A stretch of 10,679 nucleotides of DNA, counting the filler, from an uncultured virus (IMG/VR IMGVR_UViG_2049941000_000884) (taxonomy: Duplodnaviria; Heunggongvirae; Uroviricota; Caudoviricetes). It is 2 parts of one record of this genome, joined end to end, with 100 filler letters (N's around TTAATTAATTAA, not from the genome) between each part and the next. Parts side by side here need not be neighbours in the genome. Positions count along the whole stretch, not along the records: positions 1 to 2,026 come from IMGVR_UViG_2049941000_000884; positions 2,127 to 10,679 come from IMGVR_UViG_2049941000_000884. One strand, given 5' to 3'. The notes below the pieces were generated by a model, which made no database searches, had not been told where the DNA came from, and worked only from the letters and a program-made list of their open reading frames with translations. The position numbers were made by a program, and so were the translations under genes. Shown piece after piece: positions 1 to 6,912 of this stretch (positions within the stretch are counted from its first letter, which is position 1; each line of letters starts with the position of its first letter).

Positions 1-211
1 CACAGAAGACGAGCACACGATCAGAACAGTTGCTACAAGACTTAACGGTGAATACGGCATCTCCGGTGTTACATTGGACGTTCCTGCACTCATCGGTGCT
101 AACGGCGTTGATAAGATCATCGACATGCGTCTTACAGACGAAGAGTACCAGCTCCTCAAGAAATCTGAGGCAAATATGCGTGAGGCTATCGCTTCCGTTG
201 AGGGTCTCTGA
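1..211 (+). CDS. ldh: L-lactate (or malate) dehydrogenase, 3' end (5' partial)
   Basis: My translation of frame +2 gives TEDEHTIRTVATRLNGEYGISGVTLDVPALIGANGVDKIIDMRLTDEEYQLLKKSEANMREAIASVEGL, with stop TGA at 209-211. The L.GEYG..V...VP..IG.NGV..I....L..EE...L..S pattern matches the LDH/MDH C-terminal domain. It is missing from the ORF track because its start lies outside the window. Confidence 0.8.
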   Translation, partial: TEDEHTIRTVATRLNGEYGISGVTLDVPALIGANGVDKIIDMRLTDEEYQLLKKSEANMREAIASVEGL

Positions 212-267
212 TAACGGGAAAGCTTGACCGATAAGCTTTTCGAGCTCGAAAATAAGTAAAACCAAGT

Positions 268-306
268 CCCTGCACTTTGTCCCATAAAGTGCAGGGCTTA
301 TCATTT
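268..306 (+). terminator. Probable intrinsic terminator after ldh
   Basis: 11-bp perfect stem CCCTGCACTTT (268-278) / AAAGTGCAGGG (286-296), followed by a weak T-rich tail CTTATCATTT. Confidence 0.6.
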
Positions 307-332
307 AATAAGAAATAAAGATTTGCTATAAT
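304..332 (+). promoter_or_regulatory. Probable sigma-A promoter for glmU (extended -10)
   Basis: TGcTATAAT at 324-332, weak -35 TTTAAT at 304-309 with a 17-nt spacer, and SD-like AAGAGG upstream of ATG 377. Confidence 0.6.
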
Positions 333-376
333 GTCGGGGGTAATCCCAATTTTTTAAATGAATAAGAGGTTCTAAT

Positions 377-1524
377 ATGGAAATCAGTGCGGTTGTTATG
401 GCGGCAGGTAAAAGCACGAGAATGAAGTCCAAGCACTCTAAGGTCGTGTTCCAGGTGTCGGGCAAACCGATTATCCAATGGGTAGCTGATGCTCTTTTCG
501 AGTCAGGCTGCCAGGATCAGGTATATATAGTTGGTGAACAGCAGGCAGAGATCAGAAGCGTATTGGGCGAGAATGTCGCTTACGTGCTTCAGGAAGAGCA
601 GAGAGGAACAGGCCACGCAGTTATGCAGGCAGCTCCTTTCCTTGAAGGCAGAGACGGCCTTACGATCGTTCTTCCGGGTGACTGCCCGATGGTATCTGCA
701 GATACGATAAAGAAGGCACTCGATGCTTTCGAGAATGCTACTTCGAACTGCGCAGCTATCCTCATCACGGCTGAGGCTGACGATCCGACAGGCTATGGCA
801 GGATCATCAGAGGCAAGGATGGCAACGTTACCAAGATCGTTGAGCACAAGGACTGCACACCTGAAGAGCTTAAGGTAAAAGAGATCAACTCTTCCATGTA
901 CGTATTCAAGACACCTTTGCTCCTTTCCGCTCTGGGAAGGATCGGCGCTAACAACGCTCAGAAGGAGTACTACCTCACAGATACTATCGGAATCCTTATC
1001 AACGACGGCTTTACAGTAGGCGCTGTCGTATGCGATTTCGACGATACAAGGGGAGTTAACGACAGAAAGCAATTAGCTCAGGTAAGAGACATCATGAATC
1101 ACAGGATCCTTGACCGCCACATGGCTAACGGTGTTGAGATCGTTGATCCCAATGCTACATGGATCCACTACGCTGTTGAGATCGGCCAGGATACGGTAAT
1201 CCTTCCCGGCACGACACTTCTCGGCAACACAAATATCGGTGAAGACTGCATCATCGGTGAGAATACGAGAATCAACTGCTCTGATATCGGCGACGGTACG
1301 GTTGTTGATAACTCCATCGTTTCTTCAAGCACGATCGGCAAGGATTGCCGTATCGGACCTTATACGCACATCAGACCGGAGTCCAGGATCGACGATCACG
1401 TTACGCTCGGCGCATACGTTGAGGTCAAGGGTTCTGACATCGGTGAATATACGAGAGCACGTCACCTTACATACATCGGTGACTCCAAGGTCGGCCGCAA
1501 CGTTAACTTCGGATGCGGTACTGT
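377..1524 (+). CDS. glmU: Bifunctional UDP-GlcNAc pyrophosphorylase / glucosamine-1-P N-acetyltransferase (3' truncated by assembly gap)
   Basis: MAAGKSTRMKS, Q..QRGTGHAV, GDCP, GYGRI, IVEHKD, NAQKEYYLTD and GVND motifs, followed by hexapeptide repeats with [20 protein letters not shown] and NFGCGT. Real sequence stops at the N gap at 1525. The 565-aa ORF in the track is a read-through chimera. Confidence 0.95.
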
Positions 1525-1534
1525 NNNNNNNNNN

Positions 1535-1794
1535 ACAAGAATCGACTGTTCAGATATCGGCGACGGCACAGTTGTAGATAACTCCATCGTTTCTTCCAGC
1601 ACGATCGGCAAGGACTGCCGTATCGGACCTTATACGCACATCAGACCTGAATCCAGGATCGACGACCACGTTACGCTCGGCGCATACGTTGAGGTCAAGG
1701 GTTCTGTGATCGGTGAATATACAAGAGCCCGTCACCTTACATATATCGGTGACTCCAAGGTCGGCCGCAACGTTAACTTCGGATGCGGTACTGT
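1535..1794 (+). repeat. glmU: Diverged second copy of glmU 1265-1524 (probable strain-variant assembly artefact)
   Basis: 260-nt copy at offset 270, bounded by 10-N gaps. About 17 differences by eye, mostly synonymous (non-synonymous N>D and D>V). Both copies end at the same base. Confidence 0.9.
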
Positions 1795-1804
1795 NNNNNN
1801 NNNN

Positions 1805-2026
1805 CACGAAAGTCTGGTAGTTGCAGAAGAGCAGCATGTCGCACCATTCCTTCAGCAGCGGCGCCGTCTGCTTGCTCAGCTTCATTTCCCAGCGGTCATA
1901 GGCGCCCATCTCATCGGGCTGCTCAAACTTCCGCATCTTGGCGTGGGCGGTAATGACGACATGGATCCCGGCGGAGATGACGAGATCGCAGGCCGACAGG
2001 AGCCGGGAGAACTCCTCGCCCATATA
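1805..2026 (-). CDS. Internal fragment of phage-type AAA ATPase (AAA_24 / Sak4-like NTP-binding protein)
   Basis: YMGEEFSRLLSACDLVISAGIHVVITAHAKMRKFEQPDEMGAYDRWEMKLSKQTAPLLKEWCDMLLFCNYQTFV resembles the VV.TAH...YDR....L......L.EW.D...F pattern of phage AAA_24 proteins. Both ends lie at gaps. Confidence 0.8.
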
Positions 2027-2126
2027 NNNNNNNNNNNNNNNNNNNNNNNNNNNNNNNNNNNNNNNNNNNNTTAATTAATTAANNNNNNNNNNNNNNNNNN
2101 NNNNNNNNNNNNNNNNNNNNNNNNNN
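2027..2126. other. Artificial 100-nt scaffold linker
   Basis: 44 N + TTAATTAATTAA (stop codons in all six frames, 2071-2082) + 44 N. Confidence 0.95.
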
Positions 2127-2171
2127 GTTCAGGGGCTTTTTGGACACACTGACTTTCAAACTGTGAGTCAT
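2127..2171 (-). CDS. Start of a small hypothetical protein (3' partial)
   Basis: On the minus strand, AAGGAG-7nt-ATG (2171) reads MTHSLKVSVSKKPLN into the gap. It resembles, from recall, the small proteins that follow sigma-like genes in Firmicute elements. Confidence 0.65.
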
Positions 2172-2247
2172 TTTCGTTCTCCTTTCCGAGGGCGGTGAAA
2201 AAACCCTCTACTTAATCGCGGTGGGAAAGGAAAAATAGGACGTTTTT

Positions 2248-2736
2248 TCAAAAATATTTTTTTATTTTTTTCAAAGCCCTCCGATAACGGTGAGAAACCG
2301 CGCTCTGATCTTCGTTATGCAGCCGGGCGTACTCTTTAATGGGAACCCCGTCCAAAGCCACCGTAATAACGAGATTTGCCGCGTCGGGCTTCAACACTTT
2401 ACGGATGCGGCGGCAGGTCTCCTCGTAGTTGCGCTTCATCTCTTCGCCTTCTTCCTGGCGGGTGTCCGGGATCAGGTCGAAAAACGGGTCTTCATCATCG
2501 TCACCGGCAAGCGCAGACTCAGTGACATTGTGATCGTTGAATCTCCGGTCCTGATTTACTTCCGGGCGATTGATCTGCTCGTCCATGATCTCCTGCATGG
2601 AGCGTGGCGCTACGGATTCTTTGTCCTCAGCCGCGGCGAGGCGCATCTCATAGTCCGTGCGGATGGTTATTGCGCACTCCTCATCGGGAACGTCAAGCGT
2701 GGTGACCTGTCTCTCATAAACGATTCTGATTTTCAT
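2248..2736 (-). CDS. Sigma-70 region 4 (ECF-like / phage-type) sigma-factor-like protein, 162 aa
   Basis: The C-terminal LKPDAANLVITVALDGVPIKEYARLHNEDQSAVSHRYRRALKKIKKYF is a region-4 HTH. SD AAGGAG lies upstream of ATG 2736. Confidence 0.75.
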   Translation of the reverse strand: MKIRIVYERQVTTLDVPDEECAITIRTDYEMRLAAAEDKESVAPRSMQEIMDEQINRPEVNQDRRFNDHNVTESALAGDDDEDPFFDLIPDTRQEEGEEMKRNYEETCRRIRKVLKPDAANLVITVALDGVPIKEYARLHNEDQSAVSHRYRRALKKIKKYF

Positions 2737-2740
2737 TTCT

Positions 2741-2863
2741 GCAGCTCCTTTGGATTTTTGAAATCCGCAGAAGCTGCCGGGATCCGCAAAAGCAGACGAC
2801 GGCCGGGATACAGCAAACCCTTACGGGGAATTACTGATCCTGGCCGTCGTGCAGCTCTGCGGA
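2741..2863 (-). promoter_or_regulatory. Highly structured 5' leader of the sigma-like gene (candidate cis-regulatory RNA)
   Basis: Long imperfect hairpin at 2783-2863 plus a hairpin at 2741-2777 that pairs the SD. An alternative pairing of 2851-2863 with 2764-2777 is possible. Confidence 0.6.
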
Positions 2864-2876
2864 CTCGGTTTTGTGT

Positions 2877-3080
2877 TTAGTTTGGGAAACTGTTCACGAG
2901 GAAACAGCCGGCGTCCGTCCGAACGAGCTCGGTATAGCTGCCTCGCGTGTCTATGGCGTATTTTCCGCCGGGGGGCAGGATGATGACCTCAAACTCTCTG
3001 GAGTTCATCCGTTCGATTCTTCCGGTCAGGCCGTCCGCCATGCAGACGAGATGACCGCAGCAGTCTGTGATGCGTTCCAA
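2877..3080 (-). CDS. Small hypothetical protein, 67 aa
   Basis: GGAGGT-AACA-TTG at 3080 gives MERITDCCGHLVCMADGLTGRIE...NSFPN. The longer start at 3176 would run through a terminator hairpin, so it is disfavoured. Confidence 0.65.
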   Translation of the reverse strand: MERITDCCGHLVCMADGLTGRIERMNSREFEVIILPPGGKYAIDTRGSYTELVRTDAGCFLVNSFPN

Positions 3081-3091
3081 TGTTACCTCCG

Positions 3092-3151
3092 AAAAAAATA
3101 AAGGCCGGTATAAACATCCCTGATGCTTTTCAGGAATGCTCATACCGGCCT
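3092..3151 (-). terminator. Long hairpin with U-tract (intrinsic terminator/attenuator)
   Basis: Minus strand AGGCCGGTATGAGCATTCCTGA-aaagca-TCAGGGATGTTTATACCGGCCT forms 22 contiguous pairs including G-U, followed by TTATTTTTTT. Confidence 0.75.
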
Positions 3152-3232
3152 GATTCTGTGTGTCGATCTGGCTCAATAAGAGCGGGTATGCTGTTTACTT
3201 GAGAGCGAGTCCCTGCAATAGCGGGTCTCTGC

Positions 3233-3421
3233 TTATGGCCGCTGCCGTTCAGCGGCTTGGACCACCTCGGCAAACAGACAGTCCAGCGAGATCTCATCTG
3301 TCTTGTTCGTCCTTGGGTTTTTTACGCGGAGAGCGTGCGTGCCGTCCTCGTGAACCACCGCCTCTCCGATTGGGATCTTTAATTTGGGGGTGTATACGAA
3401 CCCGGGTGATAAATTTTTCAC
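3233..3421 (-). CDS. Small hypothetical protein, 62 aa
   Basis: AAGGAG is 7 nt from GTG 3421 but only 1 nt from ATG 3427, which favours GTG. The GTGA overlaps the stop of the upstream mini-ORF. Confidence 0.6.
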   Translation of the reverse strand: MKNLSPGFVYTPKLKIPIGEAVVHEDGTHALRVKNPRTNKTDEISLDCLFAEVVQAAERQRP

Positions 3422-3510
3422 GTCCATGCTCCTTCTGAAAACTGATAATTCTGCGACCTGCTTATCACGTAAATCGGACTTCGGTCATCGGGTTTCTGCT
3501 CTTGCACCAA
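3418..3510 (-). CDS. Putative 30-aa mini-protein MVQEQKPDDRSPIYVISRSQNYQFSEGAWT
   Basis: GGAGG immediately follows the upstream stop, TTG start at 3510, and TGA at 3420-3418 overlaps the next GTG start. Confidence 0.45.
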   Translation of the reverse strand: MVQEQKPDDRSPIYVISRSQNYQFSEGAWT

Positions 3511-3521
3511 CACACCCCTCC

Positions 3522-4652
3522 TCAAAAAGGCAACTCTCCGTCATCAAAGGCGTCAAACGGCGAAGCGGGAGGATCGTCTTTGAAGTCGTCCTGCATGAAA
3601 GCGTCGAGAGCAGCGAGATGCTCTTTCTTGATCCTTGGATGCTTCATTTGCTCTGCGACAGTGGAGAAGAGGATGTCAACCAACCGAGCAAGCGGTGAAG
3701 TGCCCCGATTATCCACCAGGAAGCTGGTGCCGACGTTTGGTGTATAGATCCACATTTCCTTTGCCAGAGCATCAGCGTCATTCATGGCGTGAACGCTCTT
3801 TTCAATATCCATCAGGAAAAGCGTCGCCCCGTTTTTCAGGCCGAGATGATAGCAATCACCATGAATCGATGTGTGGACGTCAAATGCGTTTGAAGGGAAG
3901 ACGATCCGCGATACTTTTTGGGGGTATTCTCCGCCGCTTTCCTCAAAGAACGACTCAAAGCTGAAAAGTGGGTGATCAACGATGCCGTTTATATCCGTTT
4001 CCAGACGGTCGAGTTGATCGGCAGACTCTTTGTACCAGTACAGCTTATCTGCAGTCGTATCCGAGACCAGCTTTTGGATCAAAGAGACCAGATAGGATTC
4101 GGTCGGCGTCAGCTGGACAAGATCAACGGTGAGCAGAGAATCTATGCTGATCCCGAAAGCTTTAGCCGCAGCCATCACGAACTCGATCGTGGGCTCGCTG
4201 TTGTTGTTGGGCTTTTCAAGGCGAGACATATAACCCGCCTGACAGCCGGCATCTTTTTCAATCTGTCCGAGCTTGACCTCAGGATGCCGCTTAAGGAGTT
4301 CACGGATGTTAGAAAAGCAGATATACTTATTGAAACTTCTCACGGCAGTGAAGGCAGTCTCAAACTCAGCGATATTAGCTTTTAGCTCGGCTACCCTGGC
4401 TTCAAGAGCAGAGCGGTCGACCTTGATGTGCTCGGCCTCCAAACGGCTGCGTTTGCGCTCTTCGTCCGATACGGTATTGTCACTGGCGATCGTGGTCAAA
4501 TCGTTCTCTTTCTCTTTGTACGCCGCGATCTTTTTCTCCATCGCTGCCATTTCGGCCTGCATCCGCTGAACGCGATAGATAAGCTCACGACGTGCTTCGA
4601 GATCCGCTCGAGCCTCGTCCATTTCTCGGATTTCTTTCTCCCAGTCGATCAT
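3522..4652 (-). CDS. XRE-family HTH regulator with N-terminal coiled coil and large C-terminal domain, 376 aa
   Basis: The central NIRELLKRHPEVKLGQIEKDAGCQAGYMSRLEK...EPTIEFVMAAAKAFGISIDSLL is an XRE HTH. The first ~105 aa are E/K/R/A-rich and helical. The protein ends in DDGELPF. SD GGAGG. Confidence 0.8.
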   Translation of the reverse strand: MIDWEKEIREMDEARADLEARRELIYRVQRMQAEMAAMEKKIAAYKEKENDLTTIASDNTVSDEERKRSRLEAEHIKVDRSALEARVAELKANIAEFETAFTAVRSFNKYICFSNIRELLKRHPEVKLGQIEKDAGCQAGYMSRLEKPNNNSEPTIEFVMAAAKAFGISIDSLLTVDLVQLTPTESYLVSLIQKLVSDTTADKLYWYKESADQLDRLETDINGIVDHPLFSFESFFEESGGEYPQKVSRIVFPSNAFDVHTSIHGDCYHLGLKNGATLFLMDIEKSVHAMNDADALAKEMWIYTPNVGTSFLVDNRGTSPLARLVDILFSTVAEQMKHPRIKKEHLAALDAFMQDDFKDDPPASPFDAFDDGELPF

Positions 4653-4693
4653 TTTTCAACCCTCCAGGCAAATACTGTTTTCAACTTGCCTGT

Positions 4694-4722
4694 ATTATAA
4701 ACCAGGACAGCATACTTGTCAA
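4694..4722 (-). promoter_or_regulatory. Consensus sigma-A promoter for the XRE-376 operon
   Basis: TTGACA (4722-4717), 17-nt spacer, TATAAT (4699-4694). Confidence 0.85.
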
Positions 4723-4733
4723 TATTAACAAGT
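4714..4733. promoter_or_regulatory. 20-bp near-perfect palindrome covering the -35 (candidate operator)
   Basis: ACTTGTCAAT|ATTAACAAGT, 9 of 10 pairs symmetric. Confidence 0.6.
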
Positions 4734-4774
4734 CAGTATTCTCAATTGTTTTTGTAAACAAATTATGACGGCCG

Positions 4775-6016
4775 CTATGTGTACATCATCCCCGGCATCC
4801 TCACCTTATCTCTTCCGTCACAGGGCATCTTTAGATCTCCCAAAAGCACAGCATAGGTTACGGCGCGCTTCCCGAAGCGGGCACGGAGGGCTTCGATCGT
4901 GTCGTCCAACTTCTCTCGCCGCTCATGCTTCTCATTGTCAACGAAAAAGGAAAGCTGCTCTGTCTCCGCTTTGGGTACGAGGTCTGTTGCCCGGATGCAT
5001 ACGGCTCTGACGTCTTTGTCCCACAGGTATCGCTCCTTGAAAAGGGCGAAGCCCGCCGCGGTGATTTCGCTCGGCGACTGTGTCCGAACCGGCAGCTTGC
5101 ACTGCGCCTGCATGCCGGAGAGGTCGTTTGTTCTGATCCAAATCTGGACGCCTCTGGCGGTGAGCCCGTGAAGGCGGAGCCTGTGGCCGACGTCCTGGGA
5201 GAGTTCAAACATGACCTTATATACTTCCTCTTCATTTTTCAGATCGGCTGTGCAGGTGATCCCGTGGCCGACCGATTTGACAGGACTCACGAAATCCTTA
5301 TGCATGACCCGCGACTGATCCGTTCCCGTAGCATACCGCCACAGCGCCAGACCGTTCACGCCGAACCAGGATCGCAGAAGCTCGGGCGGAGTTTCCGCGA
5401 TCTGCCCAATCGTATGGATCCCATATTTTGAGAGCTTTGCCTCCGTCGCCGGCCCGACGTAGATCATGTCGGAAGCAGGGAGGGGCCATACCTTTTCCCG
5501 ATAATTCTCCCGGGTAAACTCTGTCGTGGCATCCGGCTTTTTGTAGTCACTGCCCAGCTTTGCAAAGATCTTATTGAAGGAAACACCTACGGAAACTGTC
5601 AGGCCGAGCTCCTCGCGAGTGGCAGCGCGGATCTCCTCGGCGATCTTCTTTCCGGAACCGAACTGGTATTTTGAAGCGGTCACGTCGAGCCAGCACTCAT
5701 CCATGCCGTAGGGCTCAACCATGTCGGTGTATCGGTAATAGATCTCGTGAGCCAGCCTGGAATACTTCAGGTACTCGTCATACTGGGGCGGGACCACGAC
5801 CAGATCGGGGCATCTCTGCCGCGCCTCCCAGTTGACCATCCCCGTCTTGACACCGGCCTTCTTTGCCAGCTGCGACTTGGCCAGGACGATCCCGTGACGG
5901 TTCTCCGTCGACCCGCATACCGCGACAGGTTTTCCGCGGAGGCTTGGGTCAAGCATCATCTCGACCGAGGCATAGAAAGAGTTCATATCGCTATGCAAAA
6001 TCACTCTGTCTTCCAA
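4775..6016 (-). CDS. dinB: Y-family DNA polymerase (Pol IV / DinB-like), about 413 aa
   Basis: ILHSDMNSFYASVE, AKKAGVKTGM, VEPYGMDECWLDVT, VSVGVSFNKIFAKLGSDYKKP, KSVGHGIT, a QLSFF clamp-binding-like motif and LDDTIEALRARFG. Start placed at TTG 6016 behind GGAGG (6032-6028). The ORF-track start at 6100 lies within promoter DNA. Confidence 0.92.
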   Translation of the reverse strand: MEDRVILHSDMNSFYASVEMMLDPSLRGKPVAVCGSTENRHGIVLAKSQLAKKAGVKTGMVNWEARQRCPDLVVVPPQYDEYLKYSRLAHEIYYRYTDMVEPYGMDECWLDVTASKYQFGSGKKIAEEIRAATREELGLTVSVGVSFNKIFAKLGSDYKKPDATTEFTRENYREKVWPLPASDMIYVGPATEAKLSKYGIHTIGQIAETPPELLRSWFGVNGLALWRYATGTDQSRVMHKDFVSPVKSVGHGITCTADLKNEEEVYKVMFELSQDVGHRLRLHGLTARGVQIWIRTNDLSGMQAQCKLPVRTQSPSEITAAGFALFKERYLWDKDVRAVCIRATDLVPKAETEQLSFFVDNEKHERREKLDDTIEALRARFGKRAVTYAVLLGDLKMPCDGRDKVRMPGMMYT

Positions 6017-6054
6017 AACTTCATCAACCTCCCGGATTATTTTTGATTTTCCTA

Positions 6055-6083
6055 TTGACAAAATGAAGCAGCCAATGTATATT
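6055..6083 (+). promoter_or_regulatory. Sigma-A promoter toward XRE-ImmA genes
   Basis: TTGACA (6055-6060), 17-nt spacer, TATATT (6078-6083). Confidence 0.7.
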
Positions 6084-6115
6084 TGCCTTAGAAACTTCAT
6101 TTTCGGTTCATCGAA

Positions 6116-6144
6116 AGCATAACAGCAAGATAAACTCTTGTCAA
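6116..6144 (-). promoter_or_regulatory. Sigma-A promoter toward dinB
   Basis: TTGACA (6144-6139), 17-nt spacer, TATGCT (6121-6116) preceded by an extended TG. Confidence 0.7.
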
Positions 6145-6196
6145 TACCTGAAATGAATTTGATGAAGTTTTGAAATTTTTGAAAGGAAGAAACGCC

Positions 6197-6797
6197 ATGA
6201 CGTTTTCCGACAAAATCAAAAGGTCGAGAGAAATTGTCGGCCTGACACAGCAGGAACTCGCGGATGCCGTGGGCATTTCCAAGCGCGCTGTTGCCGCATA
6301 CGAATCAGAGGATGCCAAGGCCAGAAGAGGAACGATCGTAAAGCTGGCGAAGGCGCTGAAGGTTTCCGTTACCTATCTGCTTGACGACGCCTGCACTGAC
6401 CCGCTGGCAGATATCGAAAAGGATGACTACGTGGAAGAGGCCCGCCAGATGTACGGTTATATTGGCGCCCGTGATGTGGACCGCCTTCTGCAGGACAATG
6501 CCGCCCTCTTTGCCGGCGGTGAGCTCTCCCAGGAGCAGAAGGACGCCTTCNNNNNNNNNNACCTGCACTGACCCGCTGGCCGATATCGAAAAGGATGACT
6601 ACGTGGAAGAGGCCCGTCAGATGTACGGTTATACCGGAGCCCGTGATGTGGATCGCCTTCTGCAGGACAACGCAGCCCTCTTTGCCGGCGGCGAACTGTC
6701 TCAGGAGCAGAAGGACGCCTTCTTTGAGGCGGTGATGAAAGCGTACATCACCTGCAAGGAAGAGGCCCGCGCTAAGTTCGGCCGCAAGAAAGAGTAA
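6197..6797 (+). CDS. XRE-family repressor (ImmR-like), about 142 aa after removing the assembly duplication
   Basis: MTFSDKIKRSREIVGLTQQELADAVGISKRAVAAYE...KLAKALKVSVTYLL is a classic XRE HTH. The gene is split by gap 6551-6560 and an overlapping duplicate, and ends ...KFGRKKE with TAA at 6797. Confidence 0.9.
6561..6722 (+). repeat. Diverged duplicate of XRE segment 6389-6550 (strain-variant overlap)
   Basis: 162 nt at offset 172 with about 13 differences by eye, mostly synonymous, adjacent to a 10-N gap. Confidence 0.9.
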
Positions 6798-6817
6798 ACC
6801 CTCTGCGGGCTGAACGT

Positions 6818-6850
6818 GTCAGTTTTTTTGTACATGGTGGAGCGTATATT
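6818..6850 (+). promoter_or_regulatory. GTCAG-TTTTT-N4-ACA box with -10-like hexamer upstream of ImmA
   Basis: GTCAGTTTTTTTGTACA (6818-6834), 10 nt, then TATATT (6845-6850). Same layout as 9606-9638. Confidence 0.45.
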
Positions 6851-6912
6851 GTAGGTGGAGGCTGGGAGAGGATCCGTCACCCCGGTCTACTCTACAATAC
6901 TGCCAGGAGGGT

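Larger units (their letters stand above)
6014..6172. repeat. 14-bp perfect inverted repeat plus ATGAA(G/T)TTT-like half sites bracketing the dinB/XRE intergenic region
   Basis: CAAAACTTCATCAA (6014-6027) / TTGATGAAGTTTTG (6159-6172), an inner pair AAAATGAAG (6060-6068) / CTTCATTTT (6095-6103), and ATGAATTT at 6153. Confidence 0.75.

Noticed and set aside
30..227. 65-aa ORF in the track
   Set aside because: It is an alternative frame overlapping the ldh 3' end.
1525..1804. Integration of the mobile element into glmU
   Set aside because: The junction is an N gap with no att repeat or integrase visible, so it cannot be distinguished from mis-scaffolding.
377..2074. 565-aa GlmU with internal duplication and novel C-terminus
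   Set aside because: It arises from read-through across N gaps. The tail is the antisense of the AAA_24 fragment and the stop comes from the artificial linker.
2071..2082. TTAATTAATTAA palindrome
   Set aside because: Synthetic six-frame stop spacer centred in 88 Ns.
2290..2880. 196-aa plus-strand ORF and similar antisense ORFs (503-1072, 3918-4385, 4925-5431, 8569-9165)
   Set aside because: They are shadows of well-supported genes on the opposite strand.
3181..3226. Three short AGCG(G/A)GT direct repeats upstream of the long terminator
   Set aside because: Only 7 nt with irregular spacing (23 and 16), too weak to call without conservation data.
6017..6196. LexA/SOS box upstream of dinB
   Set aside because: No GAAC-N4-GTTC match found by eye. 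The lone GTTC at 6106-6109 lacks a partner half-site.
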